A DNA stretch of 64,000 nt from Leucoraja erinacea (GCF_028641065.1 NC_073387.1:13826001-13890000), one strand, 5' to 3'; counted from the first letter of the stretch, positions 26,487-39,532 are shown. The notes: generated from the sequence alone by a model not told the origin. Numbers and translations: made by a program.

Positions 26487-27428
26487 ATTTCTCTGACTCC
26501 AATGAGAACATCATACACACTGAGCAACTCCTGCAATTTCGGACCCTCTTCACTATTTTTGTCCTGTCATTTGATATCTAAACCTTGATTGCTTTATGTG
26601 GCACAGTAGATATGATTCCACGAGTTCTGGTCTCTTTGCTTCAGGCTTCTGGTGATGTCTGATAAATAATGTTCCTATTACCGAACTCTGAGTCAGGCTC
26701 CTTATCTTTAGATAAACGAATGGCAATTTTTAATTAGGTTACTTATACTTCAAGTCTGTTGTTTAACCTTTTCAAGACAATAGTATTAAACAATTCTCCC
26801 TCCTGCCTACTCGGTGATGCTTTCCATCTTACTGCAAACGTGTCGGACTCCGTATTTTATTTCCTCATTGGATATTTTTGATGGGCCAGGCATTTCCTTT
26901 GAGAAAGCCAGATGAACTATTCTTTTGAAAGATAAATTTTCATTCTTTACTAGGATGTTAAAAAAAAAAAGAATCCTGAGGATTTCATCAAAATTCATCA
27001 AAAAGTAGGATTTTTTTTTTTTCAACAAGTTACTTTAACTGGAAAGAGATCCCCAAAGGAAATCTGTGCTGAGAGAGTTAATTTTGCAGTGACATGGGAC
27101 TTCACGGTAACAGGGAGGAGGAATGCAGAGTGTGCTCGGGGGAGTAAGAACTATTCACTGAAAGCCCTGGTTTGCTTTTACAAAGAGGCCTTTTGACGAT
27201 TTACGTACATTTCAAAAGTGACAAGCAAGTTGATCTTCACTACCAGTCAAGCCAGGTCAGAGGCAAGACAATTGGTGAGTTGAATTCTAAAGCTGTGACA
27301 TTTTGATTTATCTATTAAGTTGCCACCAATGTATTTATTCTGGCAACAATTTCTCAAGATCTAACGTCGATTTGAGGTAGACATTATTTAGCAACAAATA
27401 TTATCACTAATCTACTGATAAACATGAA

Positions 27429-27630
27429 GGGCGGCACAATGGCGCAGCAGTAGAGTTGCTGCCTTATAGCACCAGAGACCCAGGTTCGATCCTGACCTCG
27501 GGTGCTGCCTGTACGTTCTCCCTGTGACCGCGTGGGTTTTCCCTGAGTGCTCTGGTTTCCTCCCACATTCCAAAGACGTACAGATTTGTAGGTTAATTGG
27601 CTTCGGTAAAGATTGACAATTGTCCCTACA
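27429..27630 (+). mobile_element. HE1-type V-SINE, 3'-truncated
   Basis: gggcggcacaatggcgcagcagtagag A box and ggttcgatcc B box. Confidence 0.8.
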
Positions 27631-28366
27631 AACTGAACAAAACACACAGATAATGCTTCATATATTCAGCAAGTCAGGCTGCAACGGTGGGAAAGGAAGC
27701 AGAGTTAATGTTTAAAGTTGAAGTACCCTTCTTTGAGCTGAAGTATTAACTCTGTTTCTCTTCCCATAGATGAGGCCTGATCTGCTAAACTTTCCCAACA
27801 TATTCTATTTTTATTTTAGATTTCCAGTAAGTTTTTTTTTTAAATTTTCATTGCTATTAATACACTTTGGTCTTGAGATTACAAGGAAGTCTTGAAAAAG
27901 TTCAAAACTCACCAGTAAATACACATTAGTTTAAATATATTTTGCGAGCACTTTTCAACTTGAAATAGTACGTTAACTCTCTTCAACATCTGTCAGAGAG
28001 AGCAATCATGCTCGGATGCCAATTAACTGCTAGTTTCCGTATTATAATTTTTCCTTCAAGTTTTGTTTCTTTTCCTTCTTCATGTCCATCCCATTATGGA
28101 AAATCAACATTTGCGTTTCTCTCATGGTGTTCCTTGGCCAGTTTCCAGAAGGGGGCAGTTACACCCTTTGTTAAGTGACTTGTACAAACTGAAAATCAAC
28201 AGATTTCACATCTCCCCATCGATCAGGGGATGGAAAGGAATGGTTGACATTTGGTAGGGAACCAAGTAATATTGATGAACAGATTAACCTGGTTTCAAAA
28301 CAATGCTCAAGAAGCTCAATGCCATCCAGAACAAAGTGTGCTGCTTAATAGCACATTCACTCAAGG

Positions 28367-29763
28367 CAGGCACGTGCCGTCAGGGTGGGCAAGGTAGGCA
28401 CTGCCTACCCTGAATAAAATTATAACATGGTAATTACTAAATATAAATAGTAAAGGCATGGGAGAATTATGCCAATCTAATAGATCGATCTCTTAGGCAG
28501 GCATAATTCTCCGTGCCTTTCATCCACAGCACTTGTAACCCTTGAGGGTCTGAGCAGCCCACATGCCGTCAGCGCTGCTGGAAGCTGTCAATTACAAGCG
28601 AGGCTGAAGACAGCTGAAATTCTGCCTTTGCTGTACTGCGCAGGCACAGCAGCCTACTGCACATGTGCAGTGCTAGTTTCTTGGCGGGGTTTTCAAATAT
28701 GGATCGGCATTATTTTAAGTGTATCTTAGGAAACGGAGAGAGAAGAATGGAGCTCGTGTACCAATGATGTTTTTAAATACCATATTTCCCAGGGTGTGGG
28801 GGTGGGGGGAGAGCTCCTTTCACAGCTTTTGGGGAGTCTGGCCCAGGGTAAAGTTGTGGGGAGGGTAGGAGCGTTGTGAAGGAGGGGATCTGGATCATAC
28901 CAGTAACCCACTTGCGACGCTCCTTGCACGGAGCCATCGCATTGAGGCGGGGGGTGTGAGAAGTAGCTCAGGTGGCTGTGAGCGGCTGCTGGGTGGGACA
29001 ACAGAGCCGGCCGCCACCTCAGCGCCTGCCGGCCTCTGCTCACCTCTGATAGCTCTCCATCTAAAAACCTCTCTCCTGTCGCAAATCCTTAAATTCCGAC
29101 AGCGCGCTTAGGTTACTCGGCTGTGGGAATTTAAGGATTTGCAGATTTGCAGGAAGCGGCTGACATGAGCGAGCGGCAGGTGAGATGTGTTCAGATGGAG
29201 AGCACTGCCAGAGGTGAGCGGGCCGGTAGAAGGCGCTGAAGTGGCGGCCAGTTCTGCTGTCGGGTCCCAGCAGCCGCTCGCAGCTCCCCGAGCTGCTTCT
29301 ATCCCCGGCTACAATGCGGTGATTTCGCGCCCGGAGAGCTGTGGCAGCGGTGAGTAAGTGAGTTACTGGCATTATCCCCGACCCCCTCCTTCTCAACACT
29401 CCTGCCCTCCCCACAACTTTACCCCTGGCACAGACTCCCCACATGCTGTGAAAGGAACACTCCCCCCAATTGGTCCCTTGAGCAAGTGTTGTCATTCAAT
29501 TAGATGACAACTGATTCAACTTTTCCCTGTGCTCCCGTTTTTCCCACCATCCCTCCACCTGCCATGGACCTCCTCCCATCACCCTTCACCCCCCCCATTC
29601 AGTAATTCAGAATAAAGGAGACTAGGAAGCCTTGAGCAAATTGAATTGGTCCTGTTTTTATTTTTAATTTTTACGGAGAGAACAATCTGTGCATGCGCGG
29701 TTTAAATTTTTTTTAAAGCCGACTGACTGCCTACCCTGAGTAATTACTCACGGCACGTGCCTG
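28367..29763. mobile_element. hAT-type non-autonomous DNA transposon, 1.4 kb
   Basis: 14-bp TIRs CAGGCACGTGCCGT / ACGGCACGTGCCTG, 8-bp TSD actcaagg/gctcaagg, and subterminal actgcctaccctga at both ends. Confidence 0.85.
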
Positions 29764-32486
29764 GCTCAAGGGTACATAGTGCTGGAGTAACTCAGCAGTT
29801 CAGGCAGCATCTCTGGAAAACATTGACAGGTGATTTTTCGGGTAGAGACCCTTCTTCAGACTGATCCTCTGTCTTTGCAATACCTGCCATCTACAGAATA
29901 TAGTGCAGTTAATGATTTTGGTTGGTCTAGCAAACTATGTAAACTTGTGATCACTACTAGCAAAAGGGGCATGTGCAGCAGGCATGTGGGAACATCACCA
30001 TCAACAGGTAACACAACAACTTGATTTGGAAATATCACACTCTCCCTTCATTGGCACTAGGTTTCAATCTCTACACGTTGACATTGGGTTTACCTTTATC
30101 AGAAAATCATCAATGGTTCAAGAATTTTGCTCACCAAAATCACCTCAAAGGCAATTAGCGATGGGCAATAATTGCTGGACGTGCCAGCAAGTAGCAAATC
30201 CCCCAAATGAATAGATATTTAAAAAAAAGTTGGAATTGTTTGAACGATTTAGGAGCTCCTCCAAACATCAATAACTGCTGAGACTGTGTGTGCTTGTACT
30301 CAATCAAATAAAACCCATTCGAGCACTGTGTGTTCCTTCCAGGTGCCACCAAGTCCAAGAGCAGCCTATTGTTAGTGACATGTTCCAGATACGGACCAAA
30401 TATGGATGTTACCTTCACATCATCTGAAGCATTTTAGAAGCACCATGTTGAGGCACTTGCTTTGATTGTTTATCAGTGTGTTCACAGCTACTTCCCATTG
30501 CTGTATTGGAAACAAAGTAGTTTGTTATACATTTCACAGGAAGAAAGCATTGCAGTCTGACCCTCCAAGCCCACCATTTCAGTGAAGGTTGTGATTAATG
30601 TACCAGTCACAAGCCAGATCTTTCTCAGCCATTAAAAGGCAGCATCATAAAATGACTTGTCATGGTGGAGATAAGGTTCCTTCCTCAGCCTAATAATTCA
30701 AAATAGATCAGGAATTTGTAACAATGGAGATGTTGGCAATTAACGATCGGAATGGTACCATTTGGCGCCACTGTTTTGGCGCCGCCGTTTCGGCACCACT
30801 GTTTTGGAGGCGCCGATCTTTTGTCATTTTTAATATATTAACTCCAAAAAGAACAGTATCTTGCTCGAAACATGAAGCAAGGTAAAGAGGTAACGCTTTT
30901 ATACACAGCGTGTGTGTATAAAACCGATAGGAAGCTCTCACTCCCATTCTACCAAACAAGCCTTCCTGCTCCAGCACTGGGAAAACAGCAGAGACCGACA
31001 ACTTTTACCAAACTGCAGGCTTCCCTCAAAACTCTTCGAAACTGACTGACCTCGCTCACCGCGCCAAGCAAATGTCAGAAATGCAACGGTCGTTTCGGCA
31101 CCGCTGTTTCGATGATTAACAATATAGGTCCGACTATTGGCCTCCCCAATCCTCCAGTTTCAGTTTGATGCCATAATCCGAACTGAAAGCACTGGAGTAC
31201 TCAGCGTGGCAGGTAGCACCTTTGGAGGGTAAAAAAAAAAAACAGAGTTAGCATCTTAGGTTTATGGCTTTTACATCAGAGCTGGGAAGAATTAAAAATA
31301 AAGCATTTTTAAGGTAGGGAGAATGGAGTTGTACAGGAGTGTGGGGACACGGGGTTTGGTTGCAGAAAATGCAAGGAATTGAAGATCTGGAGTGAATAAA
31401 TTGCAAACAATTGATAAGGCTCGTTCAGAGATTGTGGTATAGACATTTAGGAATGAAAGATAATAGGTCTAAGGAGTCGTGAATAGGGCAAGGCAGATAT
31501 TGGTATTATTGTTTATTATTGCTATGTGTATCAATATATAGTGAACAGCTGTGTTGCATGCTCTCTAGGCAAATCATATTACAAATGGAATGAGCTTAGA
31601 TGTAGATTCTTGGCTAGCATCGACGAGTTGGACCAATGTCCCTGTTTCCGCACTGTATGATTCTACATCTCTATGATAACATCAGATATTATAAAAAAGA
31701 AAATAACCATATTATCTAAATTGTTTTGTTGCAGTTTTTGTTACCTTTTCTCAGTGTGTTGGTGAGGCCACACGTGGAGTACAATGCACAGTTTTGGTTC
31801 TCCTACCTGAAAAGAAAGCATATAATAGCACTGGGGGCATTTGAAAGGAAATTCACTGTGCTAAATCCTAGGATTAGAGGATTGTCCTTTTGCGAGTGGA
31901 TAAACAGGTTGGGGTCTGTATTCTTTGGAGTTTAGAGAATAAGAAATTATGTCGTTTAGACATAAGATCCTGAGGGGAGAAGACAGGGTAGATGTTAAGG
32001 TGATGAGATTTCATAAGTGGGGGAGTCTGCAAAAAGGGGATATAGTTACTAGTAAATAGGCTGGTAACTTAAAACGTAGGTGCATTTTTTTCATAAGGTG
32101 TTGAATCTCTGGAATTGTCTACTCCAGAGCTTGTGGAGTCAAGATCATTCAAAGTACTTAGGATGGAGGTGGACACAAAATGCTGGAGTAATTCAGAAGG
32201 TCAGGCAGCATCTCTGGAGAAAAGGAATAGGTGACGTTTCGGGTCGGGACAGTTATCAATTATCGTCTTTGGTTTTCACTGCAAATGGTTTATCTGATCA
32301 GAGAATCATATTTTCTTAATTGTATGGTTAGGACATTATGGTATGGTTAGGACATTTTCCCATCCCATACTGGTGGATGGGAAAAGATTGAAACTCTTAA
32401 CTCTTGGCAACACACAACCTAAATGTACAAACAATGCCAATTCTTCCTCAAAACATGATCTTGAATGAACACTTTTATGGGTACTT

Positions 32487-33121
32487 ACATAGAAAACATG
32501 GAAAACATAGAAATATAGGTGCAGGGGTTAGGCCATTTGGCCTTCAAGCCAGCACCACCATTCAATATGATCACGGCTGATCATCTAAAATCAGTATCCC
32601 GTTCCTGCTTTTTTTCCCATATCCCTTCGTTTCTTTAGCCCTAAGAGCTAAATCTAACCTTCTCTTGAAAACATCCAGTGAATTGACCTACACTACATTC
32701 TGTAGCAGAGAAATCCACAGATTCACATCTCTCTGGGTGAAAATATTTTTCCTCGTCTCTGTCCTAAATGGGCTACCTCTTATTCTTAAACTGTGACCCC
32801 TGGTTCTCGAATCCCCCAACATCGGGAAAATTTTCCCTGCATCTAGCCTGTACATTCCTTTAAAGAATTGTATGTTTCTATAAGATTCCCTCTCATCCTT
32901 CTCAATTCCAGTGAATACAAGCCGAGTTGACCCATTCTTTCATCATATGTCAGTCCCACATTCCCGGGAATTAACCTGGTGAACCTATGCTGCACTCCCT
33001 CAATAGCAAAAATGTCCTTCCGCAAATTAGGAGACCAAAATTGCACACAATGCTCCAGGTGTAGTCTCACCAGGGCCCTGTACAACTGCAGTAGGACTTC
33101 CTTGCCCTTAAACTGAAATCC
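32487..33121 (-). mobile_element. CR1 LINE 3' fragment
   Basis: KEVLLQLYRALVRLHLEHCVQFWSPNLRKD with a gaaaacata tail. Confidence 0.9.
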
Positions 33122-33469
33122 ACTATCTGCAGGGATATGTGCATTGGTGGTAACGCCAGTTTTATTGCCCATCACCAGCTGCCCATCACTTGAACCATTG
33201 TTGGGCCTTGGCATCAGGGGACTTATCGGACCAAATATGAATCCAGCAACGATGCAGGAAAGGTTCAAAGTCAAGATGATAAGTTGTAACCTGGTGAACA
33301 TGAAAATAATTATCTTCCTGCGTGCTTATTCTCCTTGATTCCCTCGGCAGTGGGTTTGATGCTGTGCACCCTGTGGATGGTACACACTGTAGTTACTGTA
33401 CTCTGGAGTGAACACATTAGCCAGTGGAAAATCGACAGCATTTCCTTTCATTGATTTCCCCAAGAAAGA

Positions 33470-33790
33470 GTGTGTGTGTGTGTCCATCAACCTGTGTGTG
33501 CATGTGTGTGTGTCTACCTGTGTGCGCATGTGCATGTCCACTGGTGTGTACATGCGTGTATTTGTCCATGGGCCGGTGCACACATCTGGGTGTGCACATG
33601 TGTGTGCACGCACATGTCTGCAGATGCGTATACGTGCATGTTTGACCACAGGTCTGTGTATGCGTGCATGCAAATGGATATCTGCGCCTATTATTCCTTC
33701 TCAACCCCATCCTCCCTGTAATCTTTGATGCCCTCACCATGTTCTTGCATGCGCATGCCCTTGTGCATGCTTCATGCTCTGCTATGCATG
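33470..33790. repeat. Degenerate alternating purine-pyrimidine (TG/CA/TGCA) tract
   Basis: tgtgtgcatgtgtg...gcatgcgcatg runs, about 250 bp upstream of FGF coding exon 1. Confidence 0.75.
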
Positions 33791-33906
33791 ACTGTACTCA
33801 CCTTTTTGCGCTGGATAGTTTGTCATTAGTTACTGTTGAGGCTCAAATAGAAAATAAACCAGAATGAGGGAACAAAACCTGGCATGTAAAAAAAAAACCT
33901 GAAATG

Positions 33907-33914
33907 TATATAAA
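33907..33914 (+). promoter_or_regulatory. Possible TATA box of a proximal promoter
   Basis: TATATAAA about 160 nt upstream of the FGF ATG in non-repeat sequence. Motif match only. Confidence 0.25.
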
Positions 33915-34014
33915 TATAGCATTGACACAGACTGTTAATCACTTGAGTTATTACTTCTCTGGTATTTTTAGTTCCTTAACTGGTACTCATTGAAGTGCAT
34001 GGCTTGTTATGTGC

Positions 34015-34068
34015 CCGTTGATTTATTCCAGGAGAGAAGACCCGTATGAGCACCGAACTGGAGGCAGA
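34015..34068 (+). promoter_or_regulatory. Splice acceptor and 5'UTR part of the first coding exon
   Basis: ttgatttattccag|gagag acceptor, with the exon starting at 34032, 37 nt before the ATG. Mammalian FGF1 similarly splices alternative non-coding first exons to an acceptor a few tens of nt upstream of the ATG. Confidence 0.6.
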
Positions 34069-34237
34069 ATGGATGTTGGAACAGTGACAAGTTTATCAAA
34101 CTTGACTGATTCCTTCACTCACTTCCCGGCGAGTTACAAAGACCCAAAACTCCTGTACTGTGAAAATGGAGGGTACTTCATGCGCATTCTCCCTGATGGA
34201 ACAGTGGAGGGGATAATCAACCGCGACGACTTATACA
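34069..34237 (+). CDS. fgf1: FGF1/FGF2-subfamily fibroblast growth factor (FGF1-like), coding exon 1
   Basis: ATG in strong Kozak context (agaATGg). Translates MDVGTVTSLSNLTDSFTHFPASYKDPKLLYCENGGYFMRILPDGTVEGIINRDDLY, matching the FGF1 YKKPKLLYCSNGGHFLRILPDGTV segment. Phase-1 donor a|gtgaga; the 169 nt length equals FGF1 coding exon 1. Orthology to FGF1 versus a paralog is unresolved. Confidence 0.93.
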
Positions 34238-34547
34238 GTGAGAATCCTTTTCAGTCAGCGTGTGCTCTGTACTGTTTAAATATGTGTGTGTGTTTGGACT
34301 TGTGTTGCTTGGCAACTGCTTTGAAACTTAGCAAGTTCCTAAGTTCAATTCACTGAGAACTCCTTAGCAGCTAGAAAAACAAGGATTCAGGCAAAGCTGC
34401 AGGGGATAAAGAAATCTTACGTTTAAATGAAAGCAACATTATTTCATAGAACAAATTTGATGTGAACTTTGCTGCAAATTGAAACTTAAGTTTTTCCGGA
34501 GCAGTGAGGGTCACTGTGTATAATCGCACCTCGTCGTTCAAAAGTGA

Positions 34548-34854
34548 AGGGGCTGTCCCACTGTACGAGCTAATTCAAGAGTTCTCCCGCGTTTCCCCTG
34601 ATTCAAACTCGGAGAATTACGGTAATAGCCGCTCGTAGGTATTCGGGGCTCTCGTGGACATTATTCAACATGTTGAAAAATCTTCACGAGCTTACCGCGT
34701 TTTCTGTGTACCTGCCGTTAGTGTTACGAGCCGCTAAGAGACGTCCCAAGCTCCGAGGTACCCGCTACGTACATTCTACGTGCTTACCACGAGTTTGTTT
34801 TTTTTTAAACTCGGGAGAGCTCTTGAATTACCTCGTACAGTGGGACAGGCCCCT
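34548..34854. mobile_element. PIF/Harbinger-like MITE in FGF intron 1
   Basis: TIRs AGGGGCTGTCCCACTGTACGAG / CTCGTACAGTGGGACAGGCCCCT with 3-bp TSD TGA. Confidence 0.8.
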
Positions 34855-35021
34855 TGAGAGTTCAACAAGCCTTGAAGAACTAAAGCTTTCACTTTCATCA
34901 ACCCTGTTTTTTTTCACTCTTTTTCTCACTCACCACATCCTCTCACCGTCCCCAGGTTATCTCTCTTCCAAGGTGAAAATTGGGGAACTATTTGTGTATT
35001 GGTTAGGTTTTATGTCCTAGT

Positions 35022-35247
35022 AGATAGGCGCAGAATGCTGGAGTGACTTAGTGGGACAGGCAGCATCTCTGGATAGAAGAAATGGGTAACGTTTTGAGTC
35101 TAGACCCTTCTGCAGTCTTAAGATTGGGTCTCAACCCGAAACGTCACCCATTCCTTCTCTCCAGAGATGCTGCCTGTCACGCAGTCATTCCAGCATTTTG
35201 TGTCTATCTTTGGTGTAAACCAGCATCTACAGTTCCTTCCTACACAT
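35022..35247. mobile_element. Fold-back Penelope-derived element in FGF intron 1
   Basis: Inverted arms aatgctggag...ctccagagatgctgcc...ccagcattttg. The sense core is mutated to CTTAAGA at 35117. Confidence 0.75.
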
Positions 35248-35899
35248 AGTTATTACATAGTCGTGTTCATCTCTGTCTGGTATGTAGTAATGGGCCTGCT
35301 ATTTATTGGGGAGATGTGGGAAGATGCATAGGGGAGGCATCAGGGTCAAAATGCTGTCAGTCCAGTGGAGGAAAAGGAGGGGCTGAAGTTCATGGGCTTC
35401 TTTCAGGGGCTTGAGTGGAACGTCGCAGAACCTCCTGACACAAGTTACTGTTGCATTTACATTGTGGTGCTGATTTTAGTCGTTAACAAGGCCAGTGTGC
35501 AGTTGACTGAACTGAGGCTGATTTTAGTGTTCTTCTACTGAACATGGAATTCATCTCTTCAGGAAACTGAGATCAGTCAATCTAAAGGGTTGATATCACT
35601 GTGCCTACTTCCATCAGGAGAGAAAGGGGGGCAAGGTCTTGTACAAGAGGATGCAATAAGAAAACATTTATTGGACCTGCAAGTGTTTAGAGTTTGGAGT
35701 TCTCTGGCAGGATTGGTGATGGAAATGGATTGAATTGTAGTTTCAAAAGGGAAGTGGATGGATAGAATGTGAAAGGGGATGGGGAAATGACAGGAGAGTA
35801 GAATGAGTTGAATTGCTCTTACACTGGACTAGTACAGAATTGGCAGGGTGAATTGCCTTCTTCCATGCTGTAACCATTCTTTTAGTATTAGTCGAGTCT

Positions 35900-37005
35900 A
35901 ATTTAGTTCAGAGATACAACACGGAAAAAAGCCCTTTAGCCCACCGACCAGCGATTCTCGCACACTAACGCTATCCGACACACACTAGGGATAACTTACA
36001 TTTATACTAAGGCAATTAACCTACAAACCTGTAGATCATTGGAGTGTGGGGGAGAAAACCGGAGATCTCGGAGAAAACCCACACAGGTCATGGGGAGAAT
36101 GTACAAACTCTGTAAAGACATAACCCACGCAGTTGCAGGAAGAATGTGCAAATTCCGTACAGATAGCACCCTTAGTCAGGATCAAACCCGGGTCTCTGGT
36201 GCTGTAAGGCAGCAACTCGACTGCCGAGCCACTGTGCCACCATTTTATTTTGCATTATGTTCCCAAACTAGTGAGCATTGAGGATAAAGGAAACTAGATA
36301 CATTCATGAAAAGGTGCTTTTGAAAGACTGAATAATATTTTGTTTGTGAATGCTTAAGAATTACAGTATGCCATAACCTGCTATATTGGCAACACAAGCC
36401 AAGAAAATTAATAAAACCAATAAAGCTCCATTAATCCAGCAAGTTTAAGAATTTGATGGTATCAGACTGTCTGGACTATTGGATGTTATTTCCAATTAAT
36501 ACTGATTAATTCCAATTAATTTGTATTAAGTTCATACAATTTTCGAATGAACAGATAAATATCATGGGAGCAAAGGAAATAGACCCAGGTGAATTTAAAG
36601 TGAGTGTGGGAATAGAGCCTAAGTGCGATAAAAAGAGGGTGCCCTGTCATTAGGATTTTGGAACAATCAGCCTGTGGATTACCTGAGTGTTGCTGTATTT
36701 TACTCAATTCTTTTTAGTTTAGCACTTAAAAGAAACAATGCGGAAACAGGTCCTATGTCCACGCCGACCAGCGATTACCCCATGCACGAGCACTATCCTA
36801 CCATTTACAATTTTTACCAAAGCCTATTAACCTATAAACCTGTATGTCTTTGGAGTGTGGGAAGAAACTGGAGCACCCAGCGAAAACCCACGCAGGTCAC
36901 GCGGAGAATGTATAAACTCCGTACAGACATCACCTGTAAGGAGGATCGATCCTGGGTCTCTGGAGCTGTATGGCAGCAACTCTATCGCTGCACCACTGTG
37001 CCACC
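35900..37005 (-). mobile_element. Two HE1-type V-SINEs (~35900-36242 and ~36715-37005) in FGF intron 1
   Basis: Reverse-complement consensus, each ending in actgtgccacc. Confidence 0.75.
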
Positions 37006-38239
37006 AACTTCCCTCTTGTTCTATTTCTCTCCTTTAACATTTAGACTAACTGGTGTGGGCTTGGCATGGTGTTGGCCCTTCACTGCTCAGATTAACTTCT
37101 TTGTTTCCATGCAATCATAAAAGCAGAGAAAATCTATGGCATGAAGAAAGCCCTTTGGCCCATCAAGTACAATTTAAACCCATCTCGAAATGCATTTTCC
37201 AAATCCCAGTAGCTATCAACAGACAATGACCTCAATCCAAGTACCTTTTCAATGTGGTGAGGATTGCTCCCACCTGCATAATTTTTGTGAGACAAATTGA
37301 GATCCCCACTGCCCCTTGGAAGGAAGGGAAACTTCCCAAAGTCCCCTGCAATCCTCGGTCCATTACTTTAAACCGAGCTGTTGACCTCTTTGCTAAGGAA
37401 AACAGTTTATTTCTATCCACCTTAACCAGGCCTCTCGTAACTTCACATACTCACTCACCCCTCTGCCTCCTCTGTTCCAAAATAAACAAATCAGCTGGCT
37501 AAACTTTCTTCATAACTAAAATCCTCCAGTCCTGACATTTTCGATTAAATCCCCATACCTTCACCACTGATCTCACGCTCTCCCTGAAATTTGCTTTTCA
37601 CACAAGTCCCACTGTGTTTTTCTTTTGCTAAGTCACATAATTTTGAGCCTTATCTTCCCAAAGTCATATCTTCTGTTTTCTTACTCCGTTGCACAGTACT
37701 TTTCTCGCATCCTTTTCTCAATTTCTGGTAAACGAGAAGGAAAGAAAACAGAATTGATGGAAACAGTGCAGTCAAGGCACCATCCGTCTGAAACAAGGAC
37801 GGGAAGCAGCTAAAAAAGATCAAAGCAGCCACATCAAGTGCTCTGATCTCCTAAAGCTGTAGGACAAATCCTCATCATTTAATCCGGATAAGTATTTTAG
37901 CCTTGAACTCTAAGGCTACTAGCTGAGAAATGTTTGCTGTGTGACTTGGTGCTTTACCTTTACCCGAACAGAGCTTCGGAGAACAACAAACTACCGGTGG
38001 CTGTGAGAACCTTTTCTACATGAGATCCTCTTTCATTTCTTTCATCAGATGTGAGGTCCCAAAGCCATGCGCGTTTGTAGGGTAGTTGGTCTCTGTAAAC
38101 AAAAATAAAACCCTTAATGTGCACGGAGTGGATGAGAAAATGGGATAACATCGAACCAGTGAGAATGAGTGATCCATGGTCAGCGTGGATTCAGTGGGCC
38201 AAAGGGACTGTTTCTATGCTATATCTCTAAACTAATGTA

Positions 38240-38833
38240 CTCAAATAATGCTGGACTAACTCAGTGGGACCAGCAGCATCTCTGGAGAAAAGGCAAGGGT
38301 GTCATTTTGGGTCGAAATCCTTTTTCAGACTGTCAGAGGAGAGGGAGACATAGAGATATAGAAGGGTAAGGTGTGAAAATGACAGATCAAAGGGCTTGGT
38401 GAGCAAGGAAAATGTAGAATGGTTAATTTTTAGTCGAGGGGAAGGTGACAACGAGGCACGAGGCATACAATCAGTAAAATTTAATCAGGTGGACAGTGAA
38501 ATTTGATGGGGAACTAGGATGGGGGAGGGATGGAGAGAGAGAGGTAAAGCACTTGACGTTAGAGAAATCAATATTTCTGGGTTTTAAGTTGCCCGTGAAA
38601 TATAGAGGTGCTGTTCCTCCAATCTCTGTTGAGAAGATCAGTATGAGAATGGGAGGGGGAGTTAAAGTGTTTAGCAACCAGGAGATCAGGTAGGCTTAGA
38701 CAGAGTGTGCCGAGGTGTTTAGCAAAACAATCGCCGAGCCTGTGCTTGCACTCGCCGATATATAGGAGTCCACACTTGGAACAGCGGATACAGTAGATGA
38801 GGGTTGGAGGAGGTGCAAGTGAACCACTGCCTC
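38240..38833 (-). mobile_element. 5'-truncated Penelope-like retroelement: GIY-YIG endonuclease remnant plus hammerhead-type terminal repeat
   Basis: The minus strand of 38833-38700 reads RQWFTCTSSN/(frameshift)LIYCIRCSKCGLLYIGECKHRLGDCFAKHL, a PLE GIY-YIG motif with CxxC. An EEQHL-type C-terminal remnant follows, then the degenerate ctgaa..cgaccc..ctccagagatgctgc terminal repeat. Confidence 0.85.
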
Positions 38834-38942
38834 AAAAATGTACTCGAATAATCCATTAACACGTTTCAGAAGCTTTTCGGCCATATCAACGTCATTGTGC
38901 CATGTTGTGGCAAATATAATTCATCCTTCCCTTCTTTTTCAG

Positions 38943-39046
38943 TTCAGCTTCAGCTACAAGCCGTGAGTCGAGGAGTGGTGACTATTCAAGGGATTGAGGC
39001 CAGACACTACCTAGCAATGAGTGAAAAGGGACAGCTTTATGGTTCG
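38943..39046 (+). CDS. fgf1: FGF1-like, coding exon 2
   Basis: Pyrimidine tract plus ttttcag| acceptor and tcg|gtaagt donor. Length is the canonical 104 nt of the FGF middle exon. Encodes (I)QLQLQAVSRGVVTIQGIEARHYLAMSEKGQLYGS in phase with exon 1. Confidence 0.95.
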
Positions 39047-39532
39047 GTAAGTAAAGACCTGAGCATTTCACTGAAACATCATTGTTGTATTTACATTGCA
39101 CACTGTATCTATATCCAGGGATACAGACACTCCCCGACTTCCATCAGGGATATGTTCAGTGAAACCTTACGTAAGTCAGATTTTATTTAAGTTGGAATCC
39201 CTATCCCCATCAGCTGCACAAAATATTTCACTGATGGGATTCAAACTCACATCTCTAGATGAATAGCGTAAGCCTCTGCATGCCTCACCAGTCTAGTGAT
39301 GTTCACTTGCAAAACACTTGATTAACGGGTGGTTTAGATTAGTACATGGAACACAGAACAGCTCAGGAACAGGCCCTTCAGCTCAGAATGGCTGTGCTGA
39401 GTCGAATGTCAAATTCAACTAATCCCCTCTGTCTGGATGTGATCCATATCCCTCCATTTCTGGCATCTTCACGTGTCTACCTACAAGCATCTTAAACACC
39501 GCTATTGTGTCTGGTCCACCATCCTTGGTTTA

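Noticed and set aside
33326-33740. His/Thr/Cys-rich ORFs resembling metal-binding proteins
   Set aside because: They are translations of a degenerate (TG/CA) repeat.
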